The translations under genes were made by a program, and so were the position numbers. A model generated the notes under the pieces. It saw only the letters and a program-made list of their open reading frames with translations. It was not told where the DNA came from and made no database searches. 64,000 nt of DNA, taken from positions 10,944 to 74,943 of the forward strand of contig LBRD01000005.1 of NCBI GenBank assembly GCA_000991245.1. Reading direction: 5' to 3'. The DNA is from Parcubacteria group bacterium GW2011_GWC1_36_108. Lineage in GTDB: Bacteria > Patescibacteriota > Minisyncoccia > Moranbacterales > GWC2-37-73. Below are positions 8,801 to 17,217 of this stretch, piece after piece. Each line of letters begins with the position of its first letter. The first letter of the stretch is position 1.

Positions 8801-9654
8801 GCAGTAACTGTTCCAGTTGTTGTGACATCTCCGCTGCTTATAACGGTCACGCCATCAGTAAAAGAAGCTGCTGTAACAGCGCCTGTAGTGTTGATAGTAA
8901 TATCTGAAGCTAATTTTGAACCCGTGATTTCATTGTCGCCAATTTTAGCGGCAGTTACCACGCCGTCTGCCAATTTTGCAGTTACAATAGCTCCGTCAGC
9001 AATTTTTATTGTTGTCACAGCGCCATCAGCCAATTTTCCATTCGTTACTGCGCCATCAACGATCTTTGCGGTCACAATTGCATCATCTGCAATTTTAACT
9101 CCCGTAACAACTCCGTCAGCAATCTTTGCTGTTGTCACGCTGCCATCAGCCAATTTAACATCAGTTATTGCACCATCAACAATTTTTGCTGTAGTCACGC
9201 TATCATCAGCCAATTTTAAAGTCACAATTGCACCATCAGCAATTTTACCAGCAGTGATTGAGCCATTTGCCAAAGAAACGCCAGCAATTGCACCATTAGC
9301 CAATTTGGCAGAAGTGATTGCACCATTTTTGATGTCTCTTGCTTTAATCGAATCTCGCAAATTTAATTTTGAATATCGTATGCCAGCATTATTTGCAATA
9401 TCCTTATTTTTTAATCGACGTGAAATGTCTACTACATATTGAACACCATTTTTTTCAGCAACCTTTATCACGCTCAATATTTTTTCAGTTCTTGTTTTAG
9501 CATTAACACCATAAAAACCTGCTCCTAAAATAAAAACAACCATAACCAAAACAGTTACGATTTTAACTTTCTTTGCATTTTTCTTCAAAACGTCAGAAAC
9601 AACCCTTCCCTTTTCTAACACTTCCTGCCCAAAAGCTTTTTTACTCATACTCAT
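5854..9654 (-). CDS. giant repetitive cell-surface protein (N-terminal membrane anchor; dozens of ~9-10-aa [KL]ADG[AS]VT[TS]AKI beta-helix-like repeats plus 33/66-aa repeats)
   Basis: 1266 aa ORF; TM segment VTVLVMVVFILGAGFYGV; extreme Thr/Gly/Ala/Val/Ile repeat composition; DNA tandem repeats of 99 and 198 bp. Confidence 0.75.
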   Translation of the reverse strand: MSMSKKAFGQEVLEKGRVVSDVLKKNAKKVKIVTVLVMVVFILGAGFYGVNAKTRTEKILSVIKVAEKNGVQYVVDISRRLKNKDIANNAGIRYSKLNLRDSIKARDIKNGAITSAKLANGAIAGVSLANGSITAGKIADGAIVTLKLADDSVTTAKIVDGAITDVKLADGSVTTAKIADGVVTGVKIADDAIVTAKIVDGAVTNGKLADGAVTTIKIADGAIVTAKLADGVVTAAKIGDNEITGSKLASDITINTTGAVTAASFTDGVTVISSGDVTTTGTVTAGSFVGNLIGSVVGTLTGNADTVTDGVYTTGSYNDPAWITSLDASKIIGSITGLQIADGTITGNKLASDGSMVKSIVAGDNVTVVNNNDGSWTVNSIAGGGTITGVTAGDGLIGGGTLGNVTLTVGAGTGITIGVGTVGIADGGVGSNQIADGAILTSKLADGSVVNSKILDGTITSGKIADGTIVAVNLADGSISTAKIEDSAITNIKLADGSVSTSKIQDLAVTTAILADDSVTAVKILDATITTEKIADGAITTVKLADDSVTSAKIVDGTVQVADLADGIITTIKLADNSVSTAKIIDGAVTSGKIADGTIVAVNLADGSISTAKVQDGAITDIKLADGSVITAKILDGAVTTSKLADDSVITSKILDAAVTSGKIADSAITPVKLADQSVTTAKIADGAVTGVKIANDTITGSNIDSTTTITAVQFTGDLVGDVTGNVSGNAGTVTNGVYTIGDQTIDGIKTFTSNVIANITGNAATVTDGVYTAANNTLTGINTFTQDVVANITGNAATVTNGVYTIGDQTIDGIKTFSSDIVANITGNAATVTDGVYAAANNTLTGINTFTQDVVANITGNAATVTNGVYTIGDQTIDGIKTFSSDIVANITGNAETVTNGVYTIGDQTIDGIKTFSSDIAANITGNASTATLAAAVVDNSITTNSIVDGAVTNAKLSGDSVDSAKIIDGTIVGSDLNSAINVNTTGSVLAFLLSDGTAGLSGGNIFSTSNSMNIDIANNAVDSDVFIRNTGTGKANLHVEGDITGGSLGTSGSRWSTIYADSVNFLTGLTNSDNTAGPDSTINLGTAGADAAQVHIGNSNANVSITDGDWQIQSNGDTNLSALTLSGNLVGSGSLNIATSGLFGGAITSGGLFTVTAGGFDITGDSDMRGDIDMHDNVLTNLGNSGTDFTGSGGLNLADTLNMAADIDANGNDLSDVKDVSATGVFKVDGNSGVSSTLTVVKGPLTTDTCTITIEGGIVTGTTC
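6880..7480 (-). repeat. in-frame 99/198-bp coding tandem repeats inside the surface-protein gene
   Basis: gtgtaaacaccattggtaacagttgctgcatttcc recurs at 7040, 7238 and 7436 (198-bp period); protein unit NGVYTIGDQTIDGIKTF...ITGNAATVT. Confidence 0.6.
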
Positions 9655-9794
9655 TTTATCTAAATTAATTATTGATAAACATTATTAATGCAATATGCCC
9701 ACATAGGGTTGACTGTCCTGTATATCACATATACCAATTTTTGTCAATTCAACACGCTGTGGTTTATATATATCAATATTAGCTATTAAAAACA

Positions 9795-9826
9795 AAAAAG
9801 CACCGCCGATAGCGGTGTTTTTTGCA
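9795..9826 (-). terminator. rho-independent terminator downstream of dnaJ (bidirectional)
   Basis: aaaaaagcaccgccgatagcggtgttttttg. Confidence 0.55.
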
Positions 9827-9846
9827 AAATAAGTTTTTTTGATGAT

Positions 9847-10920
9847 TTATAAACCAGCTTTTCCCAATTGTTCAATGATTTTTCTTTGATCTCTGGAGAC
9901 ATTTTTTGGGACATCGACGATAATTTTCAACAAATGATCCCCGCGATTCGTGCGTCCAAGACTTGGGACACCTTTTCCTTTGATGCGAAAAAGTTCTCCG
10001 GATTGTGTGCCAGCAGTAATTTTCATTTTTACAGTCTCATCTATCGTTTCCACATTTATTTTGTCCCCCAATGATGCCTGCGAAAATGAAATGTGTTCGG
10101 ATGAAAGCAAATTATTTCCTTCGCGCGTAAATTTATTGTGATTCAAAATGTGAACCGTGATATACAAATCGCCATTTTGAGCACCTCGCTCGCCAGCTTC
10201 TCCTTGACCCTGCATAGAAAGAGTTTGGCCATTTGAAATTCCAGCAGGGATATCAACAGCAACTTTGCGCGATTGTTTGACGCGACCTTCTCCTCGGCAT
10301 TTGTGACATTTTTGTGAAAAAGTTTTTCCCATTCCCTGACAAGTTGGACAAACATAAGCCTGTGAAAATGAACCGAAGAAACTGCTAACCGTTTTGTGAA
10401 TTTGCCCAGAGCCTTTGCAAGTTGAGCAGGTTTCTTGTTTTGCACCGGGTTCTCCACCGCTGCCACCACAAACGTCACAAGCAACACTTTGATAAAGATC
10501 AATCTCTCGATGAGCTCCAGAAACCATTTCTTCAAAAGTTAATTCAACGTCAACCTGAATATCATTGCCGGCTTTTCGCATATCGCGACTTCTGCCACCA
10601 CCGCCACCAAAGATATTAGAAAAAATATCCTCAAATCCCTCGCCAAAATCGAAGCCTTGCCCACCAAATCCTTGACTATTAAAACCGCCACCTCCAAAAC
10701 CTCCGCCCATTTGCTCAAAGCCACTGCCGAATTGATCATATTTTTGACGCTTGGATTTATCTGAAAGCACCTGATATGCTGCATTAATCTCCTTAAATTT
10801 CTCAGCATCACCACCAGACTTGTCTGGATGATATTTATGCGCCAATTTACGATATGCTTTCTTGATTTCATCGTCAGAAGCATTTTTATTAACACCTAGA
10901 GTTTTATAGTAGTCTGCCAT
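9847..10920 (-). CDS. dnaJ: molecular chaperone DnaJ
   Basis: J domain with HPD motif (KYHPDK), G/F-rich linker, four CxxCxGxG zinc-finger repeats and a C-terminal domain. Confidence 0.92.
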   Translation of the reverse strand: MADYYKTLGVNKNASDDEIKKAYRKLAHKYHPDKSGGDAEKFKEINAAYQVLSDKSKRQKYDQFGSGFEQMGGGFGGGGFNSQGFGGQGFDFGEGFEDIFSNIFGGGGGRSRDMRKAGNDIQVDVELTFEEMVSGAHREIDLYQSVACDVCGGSGGEPGAKQETCSTCKGSGQIHKTVSSFFGSFSQAYVCPTCQGMGKTFSQKCHKCRGEGRVKQSRKVAVDIPAGISNGQTLSMQGQGEAGERGAQNGDLYITVHILNHNKFTREGNNLLSSEHISFSQASLGDKINVETIDETVKMKITAGTQSGELFRIKGKGVPSLGRTNRGDHLLKIIVDVPKNVSRDQRKIIEQLGKAGL

Positions 10921-10975
10921 ATGTTTTATTTATGCTATTTTTCTTACCAATACATATTACAACTAAATAAAAAAA

Positions 10976-11002
10976 TTAGCAATCCCCTAGTGGGAGTGCT
11001 AA
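10976..11002. promoter_or_regulatory. CIRCE (HrcA operator) inverted repeat upstream of dnaJ
   Basis: TTAGCAATC-N9-GAGTGCTAA, 56 nt upstream of the dnaJ ATG. Confidence 0.7.
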
Positions 11003-11026
11003 TTCAAAAGAATACCTAGATCTTAC

Positions 11027-12088
11027 CTACTCCAAAACTTCCTTTGAAACCGTCTCGATTTTAACGCTAAGCATTTTTGTTTTAAACAAGATAAACATAA
11101 TAAATTTAATAATCAAAAACCAAGCGACACTAATAATCGAACCTATTGGATATATCGTCAAGAAAAGCACTGCTGCCAGAATAATTGAAAAAATTGGACT
11201 TTTCTCACTCCCTGTAGCATCAGTATTAAAATAGCTATTAATCTTATTGCTAACAAGGCCTGAGAATATTTCTGATATTTTTTCATTTCCAACGATTGGA
11301 ATTCCTGCCAAATCAGCAAACTGCTTTCTGCCATTTTGAAGAACGAGTTCTTGATTTTTTTGTGACATTTGAGCTTCAGCACCCAAAAAGTTTTCAATGG
11401 CTTGTTTTTTTAATGCTTCTTTTTGTGCCAAGGTCAGATTCGCTGGAAGTTGTGCATCCAACAATTGTTCATTCTCGGGAGACAATTCGCCATTTTGCAC
11501 AAAATCTTTTTGGGACTGCAAAATAAACTGATCAACAGTAAGTTCTTGATCCTTGAGGACTTCAAATTGAGGATTAACTGAAGAAAGAAATGGGATAGCA
11601 ATTTTTTTGGTAACAAAACTGGCATCAAAATGTGGAACTTTCTTTTCCCCATCAAAATTATTCACTGTCAAAAAATATTGCATTGTTATCAAAAATGCAA
11701 TTGAAATCAAAAGGTATGATTTTCCGGCGCGCAAAGATTTCCAGATGCTTATTTTCAAATTGAAATCCATATCCTCCCTAATTCTCTTGGCAGCCAAAAT
11801 CAAAAAGAATCCGCTCAACAAAATCGCCACAAATTGAAGCCAGTCAAAGGCAAAAAAAAGACTCAGTGATAATGAACCAATTAAAACAAGTTTCAAAAGA
11901 AAATCATTCTGCGAAAGCACTGCACTTAAATAAATCAAAATAATATACACAGAAAAAAACGTCATCGGCACAGCCCAAGTGCTTGAAGCAGGAATCATTA
12001 CCGCGCTCTGCACAGACTGCCAAGCCAAAAAAGCAAACACCAACATCAGAAAATTTGGAACGTAGCTTAAAATTTTTCTTTTATTCAT
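11027..12088 (-). CDS. hypothetical multi-pass membrane protein
   Basis: 353 aa with several hydrophobic helices at both termini; no recognised domain. Confidence 0.55.
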   Translation of the reverse strand: MNKRKILSYVPNFLMLVFAFLAWQSVQSAVMIPASSTWAVPMTFFSVYIILIYLSAVLSQNDFLLKLVLIGSLSLSLFFAFDWLQFVAILLSGFFLILAAKRIREDMDFNLKISIWKSLRAGKSYLLISIAFLITMQYFLTVNNFDGEKKVPHFDASFVTKKIAIPFLSSVNPQFEVLKDQELTVDQFILQSQKDFVQNGELSPENEQLLDAQLPANLTLAQKEALKKQAIENFLGAEAQMSQKNQELVLQNGRKQFADLAGIPIVGNEKISEIFSGLVSNKINSYFNTDATGSEKSPIFSIILAAVLFLTIYPIGSIISVAWFLIIKFIMFILFKTKMLSVKIETVSKEVLE

Positions 12089-12127
12089 TTAACTTTAGAA
12101 TTAAATTTTGTTTTTTAGTGCAGAGAC

Positions 12128-12736
12128 TTAATTAGGGATTGCTGGAAGATTACCTGGCAGTCCAGCGCCTGCTGGCAAACTAACATTACTCAATGATTCA
12201 AAAGTTTTTTTCATAATTTCACATTGATCTTCAAACACAACATTTGAAGGAATGTTGAAATCCACATCGCCTGCAGGAACACAACTTGATTTTTCATCAC
12301 TATTTTCAATCTCCTCTTCAATATTTGGAACAGCATCGGTTATTAAATTTTGTTGTTGTTCGGGAAGATTTGTTTTCAAACTTTCCAAACAAGAAGTTGC
12401 CATTTTGAATCCTTTTGTTTCTCCTTCCACCCAAAAATATGTTGTTTCTCCGTCAAAAATAACATTTTCTTTTTTCTTTTCAACATCAGAAACTGCTTTA
12501 AATTTTTTCCCTTGGACATATGCCACTGAGACTTCCCCGTCTTTTGAAGTTGAAGTACATTTCATTTTCGAGCCCAAGCCAATTGCTTCCTTGATGGAAT
12601 TTACAACTCCACCATTTTCAGTCGGCGCGCTTTTTTCTGCTGGCTGCACAGGAGTTTGAGTTTCTTTTTGACTTCCACATCCTGAAAAAACAAGTGCCGA
12701 GCAAACAACCACCGCTGACAAAAATATTTTTTTCAT
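12128..12736 (-). CDS. hypothetical secreted lipoprotein
   Basis: Signal peptide plus lipobox (LVFSGCGSQ). Confidence 0.65.
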   Translation of the reverse strand: MKKIFLSAVVVCSALVFSGCGSQKETQTPVQPAEKSAPTENGGVVNSIKEAIGLGSKMKCTSTSKDGEVSVAYVQGKKFKAVSDVEKKKENVIFDGETTYFWVEGETKGFKMATSCLESLKTNLPEQQQNLITDAVPNIEEEIENSDEKSSCVPAGDVDFNIPSNVVFEDQCEIMKKTFESLSNVSLPAGAGLPGNLPAIPN

Positions 12737-12738
12737 TT

Positions 12739-12883
12739 ACCCAATTAAATAAGATTTGGGTCTAACTTTTTGGCAGAACCAACTTATTCTTGTTTAAAAT
12801 TTAATATTAATTAATATATCCATTCAATACACTCAAATCTTAGTTTTAAATTTTTAATAAAATTTAAAACTATTTAACAGGGT
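12739..12883 (-). repeat. E-element, long form (E1): ~145-bp palindromic MITE-like leader element with nested stems, ending 3 nt before the lipoprotein ATG
   Basis: Terminal arms cccaattaaata...tatttaacaggg; inner complementary pair aagatttggg/ctcaaatctt; homologous to 43839-43986. Confidence 0.6.
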
Positions 12884-12907
12884 ATTTTTTATATAAATTA
12901 TTATTAA

Positions 12908-12954
12908 CATAATTATACCACAAACAAAGAGACTGACAAAATCAGTTTGTTTGT
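12908..12954 (-). promoter_or_regulatory. extended -10 promoter (TGTGGTATAAT) preceded by a hairpin, driving the E1-leader/lipoprotein transcript
   Basis: Minus strand reads caaacaaactgattttgtcagtctctttgtttgTGgTATAATtatg. The same module occurs at 52721-52770. Confidence 0.45.
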
Positions 12955-13069
12955 AATAATCAACCGGCGCCACTTGCTGACGACCGCATTCTAATGGCGC
13001 CAGGGCTTATATGAGCAATAAAATACCATACGCCATTTTTAGCCTTGCAAAGCCTTGTTTTGCCCTGCT

Positions 13070-13098
13070 ATTGACTTTTGGCTAGTTTTGGAGTATAC
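13070..13098 (+). promoter_or_regulatory. near-consensus sigma70 promoter for the 13192 gene
   Basis: TTGACT-17 nt-TATACT. Confidence 0.55.
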
Positions 13099-13191
13099 TA
13101 TTAGGTTAGTGGTAAAATCCAAAATAGTAGCACCTTGAAAACATAGGCATTTTATGCCAATCAAATATCCCACGAGGAAGGAGAAAAAACC

Positions 13192-13860
13192 ATGGCCAGA
13201 GGAAAAGGAAATGTGCACAAGATGCATGATGGCTACAAGCGACATCAGCATAGGACTTCAACACCGCAATTGTTGGCTCTCGCCAACCAGGAAGAAACTG
13301 AGAGGGCCCGTGAGCTCATGTTTGAGGATATGGCTGCGGACGAGGAACGAGAAAGTATGTATGATGCTCTTTTCGGCGTCGATGACGCTACAGACGAACA
13401 ACCCGAATGCGATTTTGGTTTTGACGATTCTCCTTATGGCGGTTTCAGCTTCGAGCTTGATCCGTTTGACAGAGATGATGATTACAGTTTTGAACCGCGA
13501 CCGGAAGATTCCTGGCAAAAAAACGACCAATATGACGCCGGCGATCGAGCCATTGGAACATTACGCTATTACATGGAGGACGTAAAGCCCGATGAAATTT
13601 CATCAAAAGATGTGGGCTGGATTGCATCAAAATATACATTCCTCTCTGCGATGGTTCTAGGTGGTTCATTTGCTGGAGAACTGTTTGAAGAACCAACAGC
13701 TATCTTCGGACGATATACAATCGCCTTAGAACAAAAGCTCAGAGAAGCCCAGATTGAATTCAAAACTTATCATGGGCTCACAGAAAAAGGTTGGCAGACG
13801 CTTAAAGAATTTCACATCCCCGGTGAAAACAATTTAGAGATGAATGGTGTTCACTGCTAG
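13192..13860 (+). CDS. hypothetical acidic protein on a GC-richer island (~48% GC)
   Basis: 222 aa; strong SD AGGAAGGAG 8 nt upstream of ATG; Asp/Glu-rich; no recognised domain. Confidence 0.6.
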   Translation: MARGKGNVHKMHDGYKRHQHRTSTPQLLALANQEETERARELMFEDMAADEERESMYDALFGVDDATDEQPECDFGFDDSPYGGFSFELDPFDRDDDYSFEPRPEDSWQKNDQYDAGDRAIGTLRYYMEDVKPDEISSKDVGWIASKYTFLSAMVLGGSFAGELFEEPTAIFGRYTIALEQKLREAQIEFKTYHGLTEKGWQTLKEFHIPGENNLEMNGVHC

Positions 13861-13881
13861 ACCAACCTTACAGCATAAAGA

Positions 13882-13916
13882 AAGAGCCCAGCGATCTAAA
13901 TCGCAGGGCTCTTTTC
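13882..13916 (+). terminator. rho-independent terminator
   Basis: gagcccagcgatctaaatcgcagggctcttttc. Confidence 0.55.
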
Positions 13917-13928
13917 ATATCCAAGCAA

Positions 13929-14396
13929 CTATTTAGTTTTTTGTTTTATCCAATTCACATATCCCCCATTTGCCTCAACTTCAATTTTCATGATGCAGGA
14001 CTGACTCATTTCCACATTTCTTTTTCCCGCAAAAAGAAACCTGGAGGAAAGAAAAGCTCGCACCTGATGAAGATACTGTGGCAAAAACTTCGCTCTTCGC
14101 TAAAATTTACACTGCGCGCCTACGTCTGCTGACGGGCGCTACGTTTCAAAATTTCTTAACGCTCATCACTCGTTTTTTGCCTACGTACTTCATATGGTGC
14201 AAAGGGAATGCAAAATGCAAGATGCAATAAGTTTTTCCTCAAGCAAATGTTCAGCAACTTTTTTCGCTTCTTTGAGGTTTTTGTGAGTGATGTAGAAGAT
14301 GATGGATTTTATATTTCTTTTAAAATCTATTTCTATACTCGCTTCTTTTTTGATAAATTCTCTCATTAAACCCACCCTGTTTGACAAATTCTTCAC
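13929..14396 (-). pseudogene. cutA: cutA (divalent-cation tolerance protein) remnant, frameshifted and truncated
   Basis: N-terminal CutA-like SIIFYITHKNLKEAKKVAEHLLEEKLIASCI runs into a stop. The CutA-like C-terminus (VLHHEN / IEVEANGGYVNWIKQKTK*) is in other frames further downstream. The 5' end overlaps the neighbouring four-helix-bundle gene. Confidence 0.4.
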
Positions 14397-14877
14397 TTAG
14401 AGTTGCGAGTTGTTTGTCGAGAAGATAATTTGTTTGATAAATGACGCAGATGGCAACATTAGCAGCTGACTCAGGATCGTTCAAATAGGACGAATAAGAC
14501 TGAAAGGACGGATTATTATAGCACAAGTTTCGCACAATTTTTGCCTGCGGAAAATCTTTCGCCCAAAGTTTCAAATTTCTTTGTCGAAGAAAATCCTCGT
14601 AGTCCAAAAGTAATTCTTCCAAACTTGCACGTGCGACGTTTGTCAATTTGAGCTCCGTCTTTTTTGAAGTTCCTGCTGCCCGACTTCCTTCAGCAATATT
14701 TTGTCTGCCACTGCGTGCCGCTTGATCCATCTGATCGCGAGTCCTGCTTTTATAATCAATGTATCTTTTTGTAAATTCAACAGTAATATCGTAGACAATC
14801 GTCGACATCTGAAAGGATTTCAGATCGCGATAGCCACCATGCGTGAACATTAAATTTTCATCAGTCCTATTTGTCAT
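14320..14877 (-). CDS. four-helix-bundle protein (23S rRNA intervening-sequence protein family, long variant)
   Basis: 185 aa; core motif SGRQNIAEGSRAAGTSKKTELKLTNVARASLEEL. Confidence 0.7.
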   Translation of the reverse strand: MTNRTDENLMFTHGGYRDLKSFQMSTIVYDITVEFTKRYIDYKSRTRDQMDQAARSGRQNIAEGSRAAGTSKKTELKLTNVARASLEELLLDYEDFLRQRNLKLWAKDFPQAKIVRNLCYNNPSFQSYSSYLNDPESAANVAICVIYQTNYLLDKQLATLSEEFVKQGGFNERIYQKRSEYRNRF

Positions 14878-14914
14878 ATTCGTCCTATTTGATTTTTGTT
14901 TTTATTATATCACA

Positions 14915-14947
14915 AAAGAGTCCCGACAAAATCGGGACTCTTTTTGG
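14915..14947 (-). terminator. rho-independent terminator after dnaK (perfect 12-bp stem)
   Basis: aaagagtcccgacaaaatcgggactctttttgggg; palindromic and flanked by A and T runs. Confidence 0.65.
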
Positions 14948-14950
14948 GGA

Positions 14951-16903
14951 TTATTTTTTGTCTTCGTCTTTTTTCTCCTCCCCTGCTTCGTCAGCAGGTT
15001 TGCCTGCCTCGGCGGCAGACGGGTCGCCTTCGACTTCAGCTTCTTTCACATCTGCGCCTTCGGCGCCGGCGTTGGCTTCGGTTTTTGCTTTTTCTGCTTC
15101 TTGAGCAGCAGCGTAAAGTTTTTCGCCAATCTTTTGCGCAGCTTGTGAAAGTGTTTCAGTTTTGGCTTTGATTTCATTCAAGTCCTCACCGTTTTTCACT
15201 TTATTAAGTTCTTCGATTGCTTCTTTGACTGGCTTTGTTTCTTCTTCAGTCACTTTGTCGCCAGCATCCTTGATAGCTTTTTCTGTGGTGTAGACAAGTG
15301 TGTCAGCCATATTGCGAGCTTCGACGAGTTCTTTCTTTTGCTTGTCTTCATCAGCATGCATCTCAGCATCTTTTTTCATTTTTTCAATTTCTTCTTTTGA
15401 AAGACCGGATGATGCTTCGATTTTGATTGATTGTGATTTTCCGGTTGCTTTGTCTTTGGCTGTCACATTCAAAATTCCGTTTGCATCGATGTCAAATTCA
15501 ACTTCAATCTGCGGCACTCCACGAGGTGCTGGTGGAATTCCATCAAGCAAGAATTTTCCAAGTGTCTTGTTTCCAGAAGCAACTTCACGTTCTCCTTGCA
15601 GCACGTGAATTTCAACACCCGGTTGATTGTCAGCTGCAGTTGAGAATGTTTGAGTTTTTGAAGTTGGCACAGTTGTGTTTCTTTCAATGAGTGGTGTTGA
15701 AATTCCTCCCATTGTTTCAATTCCTAATGTTAGCGGTGTCACATCCAAAAGCAAAACGTCTTTTACTGATCCTTCAAGCACTCCACCTTGAATAGCCGCT
15801 CCAAGCGCCACCACTTCGTCAGGGTTCACGGAAATGTTTGGTTTTTTGCCAAAGAATTTTTCAACAGTTTGAAGAACAAGTGGCATACGAGTCATTCCTC
15901 CAACCATCACAACTTCATTAATATCAGAAACGGAAAGTTTTGAATCAGCAAGTGCCTTTTTTACTGGCTCTAAAGTTTTTTGCACAAGGTCGCCAACCAA
16001 CTCTTCCAATTTTGCACGACTCATTTTCATCACTAAATGCTTTGGACCAGATGCGTCAGAAGTGATGAACGGTTGATTTATTTCAGTGTCAGCAGCTGTT
16101 GAAAGTTCAATCTTAGCTTTTTCAGCAGCTTCTTTGATACGTTGAAGTGAAAGAGGATCTTTTGAAAGATCAATTCCCTCTTGTTTTTTAAATTCATCGA
16201 TGATCCACTGAATAATGATTTGATCAAAATCGTCTCCACCAAGATGAGTGTCACCGTTTGTTGATTTTACTTCAACAGTGTCTCCTCCAACTTCCAAAAT
16301 TGAAATATCAAATGTTCCGCCGCCCAAATCGTATACTGCAATTTTTTCATCAGCTTTTTTGTCAAAACCATAAGCCAAAGCTGCAGCTGTCGGTTCATTA
16401 ATAACTCGACGAACATTAAACCCTGCAATTTCACCAGCTTCCTTGGTTGCCTTTCTTTGAGCATCGTCAAAATATGCCGGCACGGTAATCACAGCATCAG
16501 TAATTTTTTCTCCAAGTTTTTCTTCTGCATCAGCTTTTAATTTTCCTAAAATCATCGCTGAAATTTCCTGTGGAGAATAATCCTTGTCGCCCATTGTTAC
16601 CTTTACGTTTTCACCAGCATGCACGATTTTGTATGGCATCAGTTTTTCATCGCGCTGCACTTCAGCGTCGTGATAAGCTCGTCCAATTAAACGCTTGATT
16701 GAATATAGTGTGTTAGCGGGATTTGTTACTGATTGACGTTTTGCCAAAAGACCAGCCAGACGCTCACCTGTTTTTGAAATTGCCACCATTGAAGGTGTTG
16801 TGCGGTTTCCTTCTTTGTTTTCAAGGATTTCCGGTTTGCCACCAGTCACGATAGCCATTGCACTGTTTGTTGTTCCTAAATCGATTCCTAAAATTTTACT
16901 CAT
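14951..16903 (-). CDS. dnaK: molecular chaperone DnaK (Hsp70)
   Basis: [16 protein letters not shown] and the substrate-binding and lid domains. Start placed at [14 protein letters not shown], 15 codons inside the ORF-track start. Confidence 0.95.
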   Translation of the reverse strand: MSKILGIDLGTTNSAMAIVTGGKPEILENKEGNRTTPSMVAISKTGERLAGLLAKRQSVTNPANTLYSIKRLIGRAYHDAEVQRDEKLMPYKIVHAGENVKVTMGDKDYSPQEISAMILGKLKADAEEKLGEKITDAVITVPAYFDDAQRKATKEAGEIAGFNVRRVINEPTAAALAYGFDKKADEKIAVYDLGGGTFDISILEVGGDTVEVKSTNGDTHLGGDDFDQIIIQWIIDEFKKQEGIDLSKDPLSLQRIKEAAEKAKIELSTAADTEINQPFITSDASGPKHLVMKMSRAKLEELVGDLVQKTLEPVKKALADSKLSVSDINEVVMVGGMTRMPLVLQTVEKFFGKKPNISVNPDEVVALGAAIQGGVLEGSVKDVLLLDVTPLTLGIETMGGISTPLIERNTTVPTSKTQTFSTAADNQPGVEIHVLQGEREVASGNKTLGKFLLDGIPPAPRGVPQIEVEFDIDANGILNVTAKDKATGKSQSIKIEASSGLSKEEIEKMKKDAEMHADEDKQKKELVEARNMADTLVYTTEKAIKDAGDKVTEEETKPVKEAIEELNKVKNGEDLNEIKAKTETLSQAAQKIGEKLYAAAQEAEKAKTEANAGAEGADVKEAEVEGDPSAAEAGKPADEAGEEKKDEDKK

Positions 16904-17146
16904 ATTTTTATAACCCCACAAATCTACAAATCTTTTACGAATATACAAATTAAATTCGTTTTTAAAATATTTGCAAAATTATAGGTTAAATTAATTATTG
17001 CTTATTATTTTTTGTTATATGTTACATGTTATATGTTTTATGTTATACTTATATTAGAGCTTGATACATCGCTATCTGCTTCGCCCTACGGGATATTTAA
17101 CTTATGCCCGTATGGGCTTTTTTATTTATAAAGTTTTCTTCAACCA

Positions 17147-17195
17147 CTTTATAAACTTTATAACTTTATAACTTTATAACTTTTTACTCTACCAC
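17147..17195. repeat. tandem octamer repeat (CTTTATAA)x4-5 between grpE and dnaK
   Basis: actttataactttataactttataactttttac; the inverse-orientation tract (TTTATAAAG)n is at 18534-18572. Confidence 0.5.
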
Positions 17196-17217
17196 CTACC
17201 ACCTAATTCCTAACAAC

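Noticed and set aside
5854-9654. Possible CRISPR array, suggested by the many regularly spaced DNA repeats.
   Set aside because: The repeats are in-frame codon repeats of one continuous 1266-aa ORF (period multiples of 3, 27-198 bp) with no unique spacers and no cas genes; they are protein-coding tandem repeats.
16901-16920. Possible leaderless dnaK mRNA from the tgtggggttataaa motif 5 nt upstream of the ATG.
   Set aside because: Spacing between the putative -10 and the ATG is too short for a transcription start at the A of ATG; it could not be resolved without TSS data.
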